This document shows, one piece after another, positions 30,208 to 39,441 of a stretch of 64,000 nucleotides of DNA (position 1 is its first letter; each line of letters begins with the position of its first letter). Below the pieces are notes generated by a model. It searched no databases. It was not told the DNA's origin and saw only the letters and a list, made by a program, of their open reading frames with translations. The position numbers were made by a program, and so were the translations under genes. The stretch is from a virus (lineage: Duplodnaviria > Caudoviricetes), in IMG/VR virus record IMGVR_UViG_3300025098_005131. One strand, given 5' to 3'.

Positions 30208-31221
30208 TTATTCTACTACCATTGTAAACATAGATATAAAACAATAGTCATTATCTACGTTGTATATAAACTGCCTATTTTCAGCATTAACGCTGTCTGT
30301 TATTTTTCGTGTAAGGATTATTTTGCCAATTAAGTAAATAGATCTTTGTCTTCCTGAGGAAGGGTCAATAATGTCATCAAGTCTAATAAAGACTAGCTTA
30401 TCTAGATTACTGTCGTTTAAAACTTCATGAAGCTCAAAAATATAAGCGTCTTCTTGCTTTTGAAAGTCTTGATTAATATTATACCTTTGAAAGAAAACTT
30501 TAGTATTGTTTTCTAAAGCATTTAAGACTTTATTAATAGACTCATTTTTACTATCACTTTCAAGTAAGTTTAGTCTAGGATCATCAAAAGTTTTAAATAA
30601 AAAATTAACATTAAAATTTTCTTTAGTTTCTTTTTGCTCAATGTCAACTTGAGAACCGTCTGTGTTAATTGGGACAAGTGTTTTAAATCTTATTTTGCCC
30701 AGGAATCTCTTGTCATATAACATTTCATCTAAATTGCTTATGTCTTCACTTAGATATTTTATTGTTGGGTAATTTCGTACATTTATTTCACTTACAAAGT
30801 CAAAGCTACTAAATTCTTCTTTACTACTAAATAGTATCTCATTACTCTCAATAATATTAAAAGATTTTTTATCTAGGTATTTTTTTTGTATTAGAAAATC
30901 GCTTAAAGAAATATTTGTTGCATTATTTTTAAAAACAATGTTTACGTCTCTATTATCATAACTAACTTTTCCATCAAGATATAATTCTGGATTTGCCTTT
31001 ACAGAAACTTCTGAGTCGTTTTCAAAAGGAAGAAAAAACTCTTCAGAATTAGAAATCTTTTCATCTTTTAAAGAATCATGATTTTCGTGATAAACGATGG
31101 ATGAATCAGAAAAAGTATAATACTTAAATCTTAAGTCATTTCCATTTGACAATTGTGACTTTCCGTCATGAGTAAGCTTGAAGTCAATTAATCTATTTTT
31201 TCTATCTAGAAATCCTGCCAT
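30208..31221 (-). CDS. Tail/baseplate structural protein, paralog of 19471-20220
   Basis: N-terminal MAGFLDRKNRLIDFKLTHDGKSQLSNGNDLRFKYYTFSDSSIVY aligns by eye with MGFLNHATNNIIVDAVLTEKGRELLARNDGSFNITSFSFADDEVDY. Confidence 0.55.
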   Translation of the reverse strand: MAGFLDRKNRLIDFKLTHDGKSQLSNGNDLRFKYYTFSDSSIVYHENHDSLKDEKISNSEEFFLPFENDSEVSVKANPELYLDGKVSYDNRDVNIVFKNNATNISLSDFLIQKKYLDKKSFNIIESNEILFSSKEEFSSFDFVSEINVRNYPTIKYLSEDISNLDEMLYDKRFLGKIRFKTLVPINTDGSQVDIEQKETKENFNVNFLFKTFDDPRLNLLESDSKNESINKVLNALENNTKVFFQRYNINQDFQKQEDAYIFELHEVLNDSNLDKLVFIRLDDIIDPSSGRQRSIYLIGKIILTRKITDSVNAENRQFIYNVDNDYCFISMFTMVVE

Positions 31222-31226
31222 TGTTT

Positions 31227-34200
31227 TTAGCTCTCTTCAAAAGATATTTCTTCAGTATTATATCTTGCATTATTGTCAATATTATAACTATTAACCAAAT
31301 CACCTTCACTTACATAAAAGTTTACAAAATTTGCTTGATCAATGGTTCCAGAATTCAAACTAAGGTTATCTATTTTACCTGCGTTTTTACTTTTCAGCCT
31401 TATTGTCCTTTTATATTGTTCTGTAGTTTCTAAGACTTCTGCTTCAACCTCGAGCTTAAATTTCTTATCTGTTGAGTTTCCGCCGTTTTCAAAACTTGCT
31501 GATATGGCAAAAGAACTATGGCCGGCGACGAACTTAGTAATAGTAGTGTCACCGTCTAATCCTATTATTTTTTGTTGAATAAATAACTGATCTATAATAT
31601 TATACGGCAAAAAAGTGTCTATTTTTAAAATTGAAAGCTCAATTGCTTTTTTTAAGCTAATTATCTGCTGCTCTTTTGACGCTAAGGATGGAACTTCGCT
31701 TATTTGTCTTATTCCGACAATTATTGTTTCGTTTGTATTATCACTTGAATCAAAGACTAATGATGAGCTTTCACTAGTATATACATCGTCATTAATACTA
31801 AATTTAAATTTTATTTCATTACCCTGTACGTCTTCTAAAGTTATAAATTGATTATCATAAAAGCCAACGTCGTCGGGGTCTAAAGAGAGACGAGCATGTG
31901 AATAACCAGAGCCTATATTGCTTAAAGGATCTAAATCGTAACTTTTAAAATTATTATTATCAATTGTATTTAAAAGATTAGCTATTTTATTAATAAGCTC
32001 GTCAATTTCAATGTTATCTTGTCTACGACCTTCAGCATCAAAAGTAAATGAATCTGTAATATAACTTTCAATATCTAAAATTAAAAAATCTTCTCCGTCT
32101 GCTATGTTAAAATTCTTTTGCCTTAACTGGAAATAATAACTATCAAATCCTGGGAGTGCTCTTAAAAACCTTTTTGAGCCTCCAACGGGCAAAGGTTCAA
32201 CATCTCTTATTAAAATATTAGCTTTGTTATTTTTATAGTCTGTAACTGTAAATCCTGCTACATTAATCTGGCCGTAATCTATCATGTCAATATCATTAAA
32301 AATACTAGGTCGATATTTTATATTAATTTGATTAAAAAAGTTATCACGCAACCAATTTCCGTCTGTTTTATTATAGCTTTCTAGACTGCTAAAGTCAAAC
32401 TCAATATCAGCATAAACTGTTGCAGGTGTTTTATTAATAAAAAATCCTCTTTTGAGATTTTTGTTTAAAGCATGTTCTATTTTATTAGTCTCACTATTGA
32501 AGTAAGGTGCATTTTTGAAGTATTTTATAAAATTAGAAAATTGGCCAAAATTTCTTAGATCAAAATAATGAAATGGATATCTCTTGTCACTGTCGTTATA
32601 AATAAAATAATTATTTGACACCTTGCTTACGTTGTTATTGATTTGACTTGTGTAATCGTTCGGGAGTTTTATGACAGAACTGTTTAAAGTATATCTTTGT
32701 GTAGCAGCATTTAAGATATTACTACCTGCAAGTGCTACATTATGTAAATCGTCGCTGTCGTCTTGGTGATAATTGTCTACATAAACACCCTGTTGCATCA
32801 TTTTATTAGGAGAGCCAAGACTATCAGTTACTTTATTATAAACGTCTCCAAATCTTTTGTTTCTTTTAAAATTTCGTCGTTGTGTATTGTAATATTTTTT
32901 CTTGTTGTTTTCAAGGTAATACCCGGAAAAACTTACTTCTACGTTATCAATTAATTCCAGTACATCCAAGCCTCGTAAGTCTGTTCCAGTTGTATCTATA
33001 TAATAACTGGGGCTAAGAGAAACGCCAACAATGATTTTATCACCAGGTTCAATTACGTATTTTGTTTCTTTGTATACATTTTCGTTTAGACCTATTGCCC
33101 GACCTGCTAATTGCGAAACTGAAGTGTCTATAATAAAGTTACCTAGATCACTTGCTACTTCTGAAGAATCTAAAAATTTATTACTTCTAGAGCCTAAAGA
33201 ATTTGAACTATTATCAGTCTTCTCAGGAAATATAGCATAATTGCTTATGTGCGGTAGATTTTTAGTGGCATTGACTATTCTAGGTGTAACTTCCATTTCA
33301 ACAATTCTATTTTCGTAAATACACTCGGCATGATTTGATGAATCTATTATGCCAACGTTAGAATTATTAATTAAAAAGTCTGAATTCTGTGATAAACTTT
33401 CTATAACGTTTCCAAGGTTATCTAAGTCTGAACTATTAGCTGAAAAGTTTGCTAGTGTTGCGTAAGTAATTAACTCTCTAACGCTATTTAATTGTGATCT
33501 TTCTTCATTGAAAGTATTAGTATTGTTAAGATTATCAATTACAAACTCTTGAGATGATAAACTTGATTCATTATCTATTACAGCGCCGAACGCAAAATCA
33601 GTTGCTCCTGCGCTAGTATACTTTGGCTGACTAGACAAATCAGGCACAGATGATAGCGTTTGAAAAGAAGAACTATCAGCAGAAAAAGCTGAAACTGCGT
33701 AGTTAACTTCTCTAGCTTGTTCATATCTAGCAGTATCTCCTAAGCTTCCTCGTTGATTTAAAACAAAAAAGTTTAAAAAATTTAAAGCAATTTGCCCGCT
33801 TGTTTTATTAACAGAGTAGTTTGATACTTTTGCTCTAATGTTTATCTTTTCAATTACAAAAGACTTTTTAATATATTTAGAAATGTCAATAAAATGTCTT
33901 TTTTCAGCTTTGAATTTTGAAGCGTAAGGAAAGAAAAATGTATCAATAGGCATTGATAAAGTGCTTGATATCATAGTAGGCGCTTGAGGAAGAGAAGGTC
34001 CGTTAAAGGCGATTGGTGCAGTCACAAACGAAGATATATTGTTACGATACAACGCTGCTATATTTTCTAGATAATCAAAGCTTGCCCACCCGTTTTCTTC
34101 TATTTTTTCTAGTTCAGAACCGTACAGGTATGCAATATTACCATTATGTTTTTTAAAAGTTTTGTTGCCACTTAAAGTTTGAAATGTAATTGTTTCATTG

Positions 34201-34736
34201 TTACTAGAAGTTTTATTAAAAGATAACTTGCAGGAAGTGTAAAGGTCAAAATTAAAAACTATTGTATTTTTATTTCCAGAAATAATTTCTGTTATTGGCG
34301 TTTCTTTATAAAATAAATTTTCTTTTGAGTTTTCTTCTAAATAATTTGGAACAAGTGTTTTATTGTAAACTTCTCTTTTGGCTGGAGAAAGAATTGTCTG
34401 ATAGTTTGTAGCAAGTCGATTTGGCGTAAACTCTAGTTTATTGCTTAAAGTCTCTACAGCTACATCAAAGTATTTTAATTCAATACCATACTCAGGTATT
34501 ACACTTTTGTTTTCAAAAATTATAGTATTGTCATCATTGAAAGAGATAAAGTCGTTGTCACCCTGAAGCGCACCTTCTTTACTATAGATGTCTTCGTCGT
34601 AAAAAAAAGAAAAAGATTTTTCCTCATCATCAAGAATTTGTCGGACTGACTTTGAAGTATTTCCAGACTTAATAACAAAGTCACCTAAACTTCTACTAAA
34701 ACCAAAAGTATTGTTTTTCTTTCTTATTACAGCCAT
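31227..34736 (-). CDS. Large hypothetical baseplate-region protein
   Basis: 1169-aa ORF in the baseplate operon; carries a small module also seen in 39441-41324. Confidence 0.5.
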   Translation of the reverse strand: MAVIRKKNNTFGFSRSLGDFVIKSGNTSKSVRQILDDEEKSFSFFYDEDIYSKEGALQGDNDFISFNDDNTIIFENKSVIPEYGIELKYFDVAVETLSNKLEFTPNRLATNYQTILSPAKREVYNKTLVPNYLEENSKENLFYKETPITEIISGNKNTIVFNFDLYTSCKLSFNKTSSNNETITFQTLSGNKTFKKHNGNIAYLYGSELEKIEENGWASFDYLENIAALYRNNISSFVTAPIAFNGPSLPQAPTMISSTLSMPIDTFFFPYASKFKAEKRHFIDISKYIKKSFVIEKINIRAKVSNYSVNKTSGQIALNFLNFFVLNQRGSLGDTARYEQAREVNYAVSAFSADSSSFQTLSSVPDLSSQPKYTSAGATDFAFGAVIDNESSLSSQEFVIDNLNNTNTFNEERSQLNSVRELITYATLANFSANSSDLDNLGNVIESLSQNSDFLINNSNVGIIDSSNHAECIYENRIVEMEVTPRIVNATKNLPHISNYAIFPEKTDNSSNSLGSRSNKFLDSSEVASDLGNFIIDTSVSQLAGRAIGLNENVYKETKYVIEPGDKIIVGVSLSPSYYIDTTGTDLRGLDVLELIDNVEVSFSGYYLENNKKKYYNTQRRNFKRNKRFGDVYNKVTDSLGSPNKMMQQGVYVDNYHQDDSDDLHNVALAGSNILNAATQRYTLNSSVIKLPNDYTSQINNNVSKVSNNYFIYNDSDKRYPFHYFDLRNFGQFSNFIKYFKNAPYFNSETNKIEHALNKNLKRGFFINKTPATVYADIEFDFSSLESYNKTDGNWLRDNFFNQINIKYRPSIFNDIDMIDYGQINVAGFTVTDYKNNKANILIRDVEPLPVGGSKRFLRALPGFDSYYFQLRQKNFNIADGEDFLILDIESYITDSFTFDAEGRRQDNIEIDELINKIANLLNTIDNNNFKSYDLDPLSNIGSGYSHARLSLDPDDVGFYDNQFITLEDVQGNEIKFKFSINDDVYTSESSSLVFDSSDNTNETIIVGIRQISEVPSLASKEQQIISLKKAIELSILKIDTFLPYNIIDQLFIQQKIIGLDGDTTITKFVAGHSSFAISASFENGGNSTDKKFKLEVEAEVLETTEQYKRTIRLKSKNAGKIDNLSLNSGTIDQANFVNFYVSEGDLVNSYNIDNNARYNTEEISFEES

Positions 34737-35752
34737 TAATTTAATCTTTCATAAAATGCAATTGATTCTATCGTCGATCTAGAAGATTTATCTATATCTC
34801 TTCCAAACGATGTATAAATAATAGATTCTTTTATAGTATTGTTTATATTTCTATTTTCTAAAATGACAGCGTTCATTTCATTATCTAAAAGTTTATATCT
34901 ATTGTCTAGATTGCTTATATGAGGTTCGTTTTGATTTTTTTCTTTTTCTCTAAAAGGTAAAATATCAATTTCTTTAAAGTTAAAATACATTACTTTGTTA
35001 GAGTGAACATTTTTATACCTATACGTTACAGAACTTTCTTGCTGCCCAGTTTGTACATTTTCTGTAAAATTAAAACTCTCAATTAATCTTTTCTTACTTT
35101 GATTAACTAAATAATCTTCGTCGACATCATCAAGAAAAGAGTATGTAGCCTCTTCGTCTTTAAAGAAATGATTTTTAATATTATTATTTTCTCTGTAAGC
35201 ATTTTTTGATGCCTTTAATGAATTGCCTTTTACTCCGATAAAGCCATTAACAGAATCATTTCTGCTGCCTAAAAAAGGAAAATTTTCTAAGACGCATATA
35301 TGTCCACCATGCGCTACAATGTTTGAAACGTTATACTCAGCAGGATAGTCATTTAGGCCTAGATCTACTTGATAAACTATATTACTAGTACTTAGCTTGC
35401 CTCTGTCCACAAAAGGCCCATGACTTTTCTTAGTATATAACTCGCTATCAGAATCTATATCGCTATAGATTAATCTTGTTTTTGACTTCTTTTTAACTAA
35501 TAACTGTTCTGAAGATTCTCTGTCGTCAAATATTACATCATCTTTGCTATTGACATCAATAACTTCAACATTTGTAAATTTTTTGTTTGTTTTGTTGTTA
35601 AAAATCAAACTAAAAAAGTGATTATTAATTTTTTTAACGTGCACAAAGTTTCTGTCTGTATTATTAGACTCTGTCAAAGGTGCAACATATTGCACATCTG
35701 ATATGTTGCCTTCAATAAAATGTGATCTTTTAAATCCGTTAATTACTAACAT
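34736..35752 (-). CDS. Hypothetical baseplate-region protein
   Basis: 338 aa, TAATG-coupled on both sides. Confidence 0.5.
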   Translation of the reverse strand: MLVINGFKRSHFIEGNISDVQYVAPLTESNNTDRNFVHVKKINNHFFSLIFNNKTNKKFTNVEVIDVNSKDDVIFDDRESSEQLLVKKKSKTRLIYSDIDSDSELYTKKSHGPFVDRGKLSTSNIVYQVDLGLNDYPAEYNVSNIVAHGGHICVLENFPFLGSRNDSVNGFIGVKGNSLKASKNAYRENNNIKNHFFKDEEATYSFLDDVDEDYLVNQSKKRLIESFNFTENVQTGQQESSVTYRYKNVHSNKVMYFNFKEIDILPFREKEKNQNEPHISNLDNRYKLLDNEMNAVILENRNINNTIKESIIYTSFGRDIDKSSRSTIESIAFYERLN

Positions 35753-38700
35753 TACCTTTTATTCCTCACTACAGACTTGTCAGCCTCATCAAAATCTAAA
35801 ATGTCATCTGATCTTATTTTTTTGTCGTATACGCTATAGCTGCTGTAATTGTTTACGTCTACTACAGGAAGTCTTGAATTTGACATTTTATGTCTATATT
35901 TATTTCTTTCAAGTAAGTGAGACTCATATACGAAATTAAAACCTAAGTAATTAACTTTAGATGGAACAGCTTCTTGTAAAAGATCTGATAAAATGTTGTC
36001 AAAATATTTGTAAACTTGATATAAAATATCAATATTTAAATCACTACTCAATCTTTTAAAATATTTTTGTCTTAATACTTCAAGAGACTTGTACTCTTCT
36101 TCGTAAAAGTTACTAGTATTATTTAACATTTTTGTGAAAAAGTCGTTCGCTATCAATATCTTACTTATATCTTGATTAATAAAATTAACCATAGAAAAGT
36201 CAATGTACATTCTCAAGTCTTCATTATAAACAAAACCCGGCGGCGTTTGACTTAAACCTGTCTTGTTTATATTTAAAAACTCATCTTTGTAAGACTCTTG
36301 CTCAAAACTATTAATGTAAACATTATTATGTGAAACAGGCATGTCAATTTCACTTGCTTGTCTAAGAACGCTTATTTTGTCTCTAAAAAACAAATCTTGG
36401 TTTGTATATTCGTTTTTTGTGCAAGTTAAATAGCACGCAATATTATCTTTACCTTGCAGTTCATCTAAAATTGTTGTTAGTGAGTAAAGTTCTAAATTTT
36501 TAAATGAGTTTAAAATAGCATCCGAATATTCTGCGTTTATGTCTTCTTTTAACTCTATATTAAGTAATGTTCTGTCAAGACCAGAAGCAGAAGGGCTTAA
36601 ATTATCAATACTTTCATTTGAAATTATTTCAATGTCTTTTCTTTTTAATCTCAATTCTTCCTTAGACAAGCTCCTATTAAAAAGTCTTATATTTGATACA
36701 AAACCTTGAAAGTTTGTGATATAATTTGTTGACGTGTCTATTGTATCACTGTCGCTAAGCAAACCATCGATCTCATTGCGATACCTTTCAGGACCAATAG
36801 TAATATTAATTCTCTTATCATGAGTGTTTTGGAGTGTATTGTAAGTTGGATTACCGTCGACGCGCTTCCAAAATTTATTATCCAACTCAACAGATACGCT
36901 CCTAACTGTTGAAGAATAAGAACTATTTCCGATACTTGAAATATTAAATTCATACTTGTTTATAAATGCACTAATTCTTTTTTTGCTGACATTTAAAAGA
37001 TATATTTGGCCGCTCATCAAATCAACATCTTCTATTTCCAGTGTAGCTTTATCTTTTATATAGACACCTGAAACATTATTAGGATTAGCGTAGCCTAGCA
37101 TCTGGTCTATTTTTATTACAATTTTTCCTTTTGTTAAGTTTTTTTTCTTTCTCTCAAAATAAACTTCAATATAAGGCCCTTGAAATTTATTAGCATCTTC
37201 ACTAAGCTCTACACTAACGTCAGTAGTCTTGTTGCTCTTAATTAAACTATAACGCTGTATATCGTCCATGCTTTCTGCAATATTAAATCTAACTAAAGAT
37301 TGATCTTTATCTAACTTTTCTATAATACTAGGGTTAAATCGATAAAGACATTCAAAATTCCAGTTTTCATTTATATCTACAAGTCGACTGTCAAAATAAT
37401 TATCGTATGAAGATAAATTTAAAATATTATTAGGAAGTCTTCTATATCTATTTGGATTGTCTTCATTTAACGAATTGCCCTCACCATCTACATTATCAAT
37501 ATACACAAATGTTTCTTTGTTTTCATTAATCTTAGAAAAATTAATAAAGTCTTTATAAACAATAGATTCGTAAAAGTTGTTTTGAATGTTAAATATATTT
37601 TGACCAGTTATCTCTCTTATCTTGACAAATCGATCAACTTCTAATCCAAAAGAGTTAAAAATTGTTCTTAGCGAATTTTTTGTTCCTTTTGACGTAACGT
37701 AATCTTGAGAGTTTATTAAAAATCTTTTCCATAAAATATTTTGAATCTGTCTTATGCTAATACTTGAAAGTTCTTTTTCATAAGTTAAGTTTTTGCCGTC
37801 AAGCTTTGTGTTTATAGGATATGAAAATATTTCTTTAAAATCAAATCCCATAGACTTAAGTGCCAGAGGTAAAACAATGCCATCGATTTTTTTATTTGAC
37901 GATATACTGTCATAATTTAAGTTAATAATTTCTGATAAGCTATCTATATAGAGTTTCAGTTCATCAAAAAATCTTGCCCATATTGAAAAGATTTTTATTA
38001 ACGTCTGATTAATAGATTTACTTTCTCCTAATACTTTTTGAGACTCTGCAGATTCATTTGATACGTAAACTTCACCTATATTATCAAAGTCTGAGCCTTC
38101 TATAAAGATATTTTTAGGCAAAAGCTTCCAAAAACTATTAGGATTTTCAAGATCATAAAACTTTGCTTCTGCTTGTAGCTCTAATTTATTTGTTGAGTTT
38201 TGACCGTAATTCATAAATAAAACAGGATTATCACTTGTTTTTTCATAAATCAAAGGAGTTTGAACATTATTAAAAATTCCTGATCTTTCATAGTCAGTAT
38301 CTACTTGATTTATAATGCCATGCAACTTTTTGCCTGAAGAATCGATTATAAGATTATTATTGACGTATTCACCTGATGGCTCGTTAAACTTTAAATAAAG
38401 AACAAGTGAATCTTCGCTGTAAACGTTTTTGTTTTTTTCTTCTGCAATTTTATTTTGACTTCTAGTCTTGCCTATATAATATCTAAACTCATCTATTAGT
38501 CCACTAAATATACTTCCAGCTTTACCTATGTAAAAAGCACCGCTTTGACTCCCAGAATCAACAAACTTAATTTGATCAAGACTTCCGTCTTCAATAAAGT
38601 TTATTTTTTTGCCGTTTTTATAAACAACGATTCTCTTCTTAATATCACCTCCGGAAAAAAACTTTTCAATGCTAAAATTTAAATGAACAAAAGCATCTGT

Positions 38701-39441
38701 TTCTATTTGAATAGTGCATGTGTACACTGTCGCTTCAGTCGTTTGTTCGTTTCTTAGCTCAAGATTTAGATTACAAGTTTTATCAGTTGTGTTTATGTTA
38801 CTAATTTTTAAAGAAATTAAGGTATTTTCAGCATTACTGTTAGCAATTGTATTTTCATTATAGCAAAAAACAAATTTATTATTATTGACATTAACACTAT
38901 TGACGTATAAGTTAAAGTCAAAGCTAAATTCTTTACCTAGCGGGTTAAAATTTTTAAAAGAAGGTAATCCTTTAAAATCGTCTAAAATAATGCCATTTTG
39001 GTCTTTTATCTCAATATAGTAGTTTCCTTCTGTATCGAAATAGTTAGTTGAGCATTCTATTTTATTGTTAAGCAGATATCTCTCAAAGCCTGAAAGTTTT
39101 TTAAAGTATTGATCTACCTCAAAAAAAGATTTATCATAAGGAAAATAGTTTAATATGTTACTGTAGGCAAAGTTAACTTTTTCTAAGGCTGAATCAAAAA
39201 AAACATGCTCAGCAAAATTACTATAATCTATGCTTTCTATTTGTTGAGTTGTAAAATATCCTTCATAATCATCTATTCTGCTATAAAATTCTGAAATGTT
39301 GTTATTATAAAGTTCAGAATAAGAATTGATGTCGTTTGTACTATCAATATCTTCTGAAGACAAAAAATGACTATGAGATTTGTTTTTTCTCTTTAATGAC
39401 TCATTGTTAAAATATTTTTCAATGTTTGGCTTTTTTGACAT
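35752..39441 (-). CDS. Baseplate wedge protein (gp7/P2 gpI-like segment) with LamG-like domains
   Basis: LamG-like FSGLIDEFRYY and LVLYLKFNEPSG...IIDSSGKKLHG; second domain FQGFVSNIRLF; wedge-like SKGTKNSLRTIFNSFGLEVDRFVKIRE. Confidence 0.6.
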   Translation of the reverse strand: MSKKPNIEKYFNNESLKRKNKSHSHFLSSEDIDSTNDINSYSELYNNNISEFYSRIDDYEGYFTTQQIESIDYSNFAEHVFFDSALEKVNFAYSNILNYFPYDKSFFEVDQYFKKLSGFERYLLNNKIECSTNYFDTEGNYYIEIKDQNGIILDDFKGLPSFKNFNPLGKEFSFDFNLYVNSVNVNNNKFVFCYNENTIANSNAENTLISLKISNINTTDKTCNLNLELRNEQTTEATVYTCTIQIETDAFVHLNFSIEKFFSGGDIKKRIVVYKNGKKINFIEDGSLDQIKFVDSGSQSGAFYIGKAGSIFSGLIDEFRYYIGKTRSQNKIAEEKNKNVYSEDSLVLYLKFNEPSGEYVNNNLIIDSSGKKLHGIINQVDTDYERSGIFNNVQTPLIYEKTSDNPVLFMNYGQNSTNKLELQAEAKFYDLENPNSFWKLLPKNIFIEGSDFDNIGEVYVSNESAESQKVLGESKSINQTLIKIFSIWARFFDELKLYIDSLSEIINLNYDSISSNKKIDGIVLPLALKSMGFDFKEIFSYPINTKLDGKNLTYEKELSSISIRQIQNILWKRFLINSQDYVTSKGTKNSLRTIFNSFGLEVDRFVKIREITGQNIFNIQNNFYESIVYKDFINFSKINENKETFVYIDNVDGEGNSLNEDNPNRYRRLPNNILNLSSYDNYFDSRLVDINENWNFECLYRFNPSIIEKLDKDQSLVRFNIAESMDDIQRYSLIKSNKTTDVSVELSEDANKFQGPYIEVYFERKKKNLTKGKIVIKIDQMLGYANPNNVSGVYIKDKATLEIEDVDLMSGQIYLLNVSKKRISAFINKYEFNISSIGNSSYSSTVRSVSVELDNKFWKRVDGNPTYNTLQNTHDKRINITIGPERYRNEIDGLLSDSDTIDTSTNYITNFQGFVSNIRLFNRSLSKEELRLKRKDIEIISNESIDNLSPSASGLDRTLLNIELKEDINAEYSDAILNSFKNLELYSLTTILDELQGKDNIACYLTCTKNEYTNQDLFFRDKISVLRQASEIDMPVSHNNVYINSFEQESYKDEFLNINKTGLSQTPPGFVYNEDLRMYIDFSMVNFINQDISKILIANDFFTKMLNNTSNFYEEEYKSLEVLRQKYFKRLSSDLNIDILYQVYKYFDNILSDLLQEAVPSKVNYLGFNFVYESHLLERNKYRHKMSNSRLPVVDVNNYSSYSVYDKKIRSDDILDFDEADKSVVRNKR

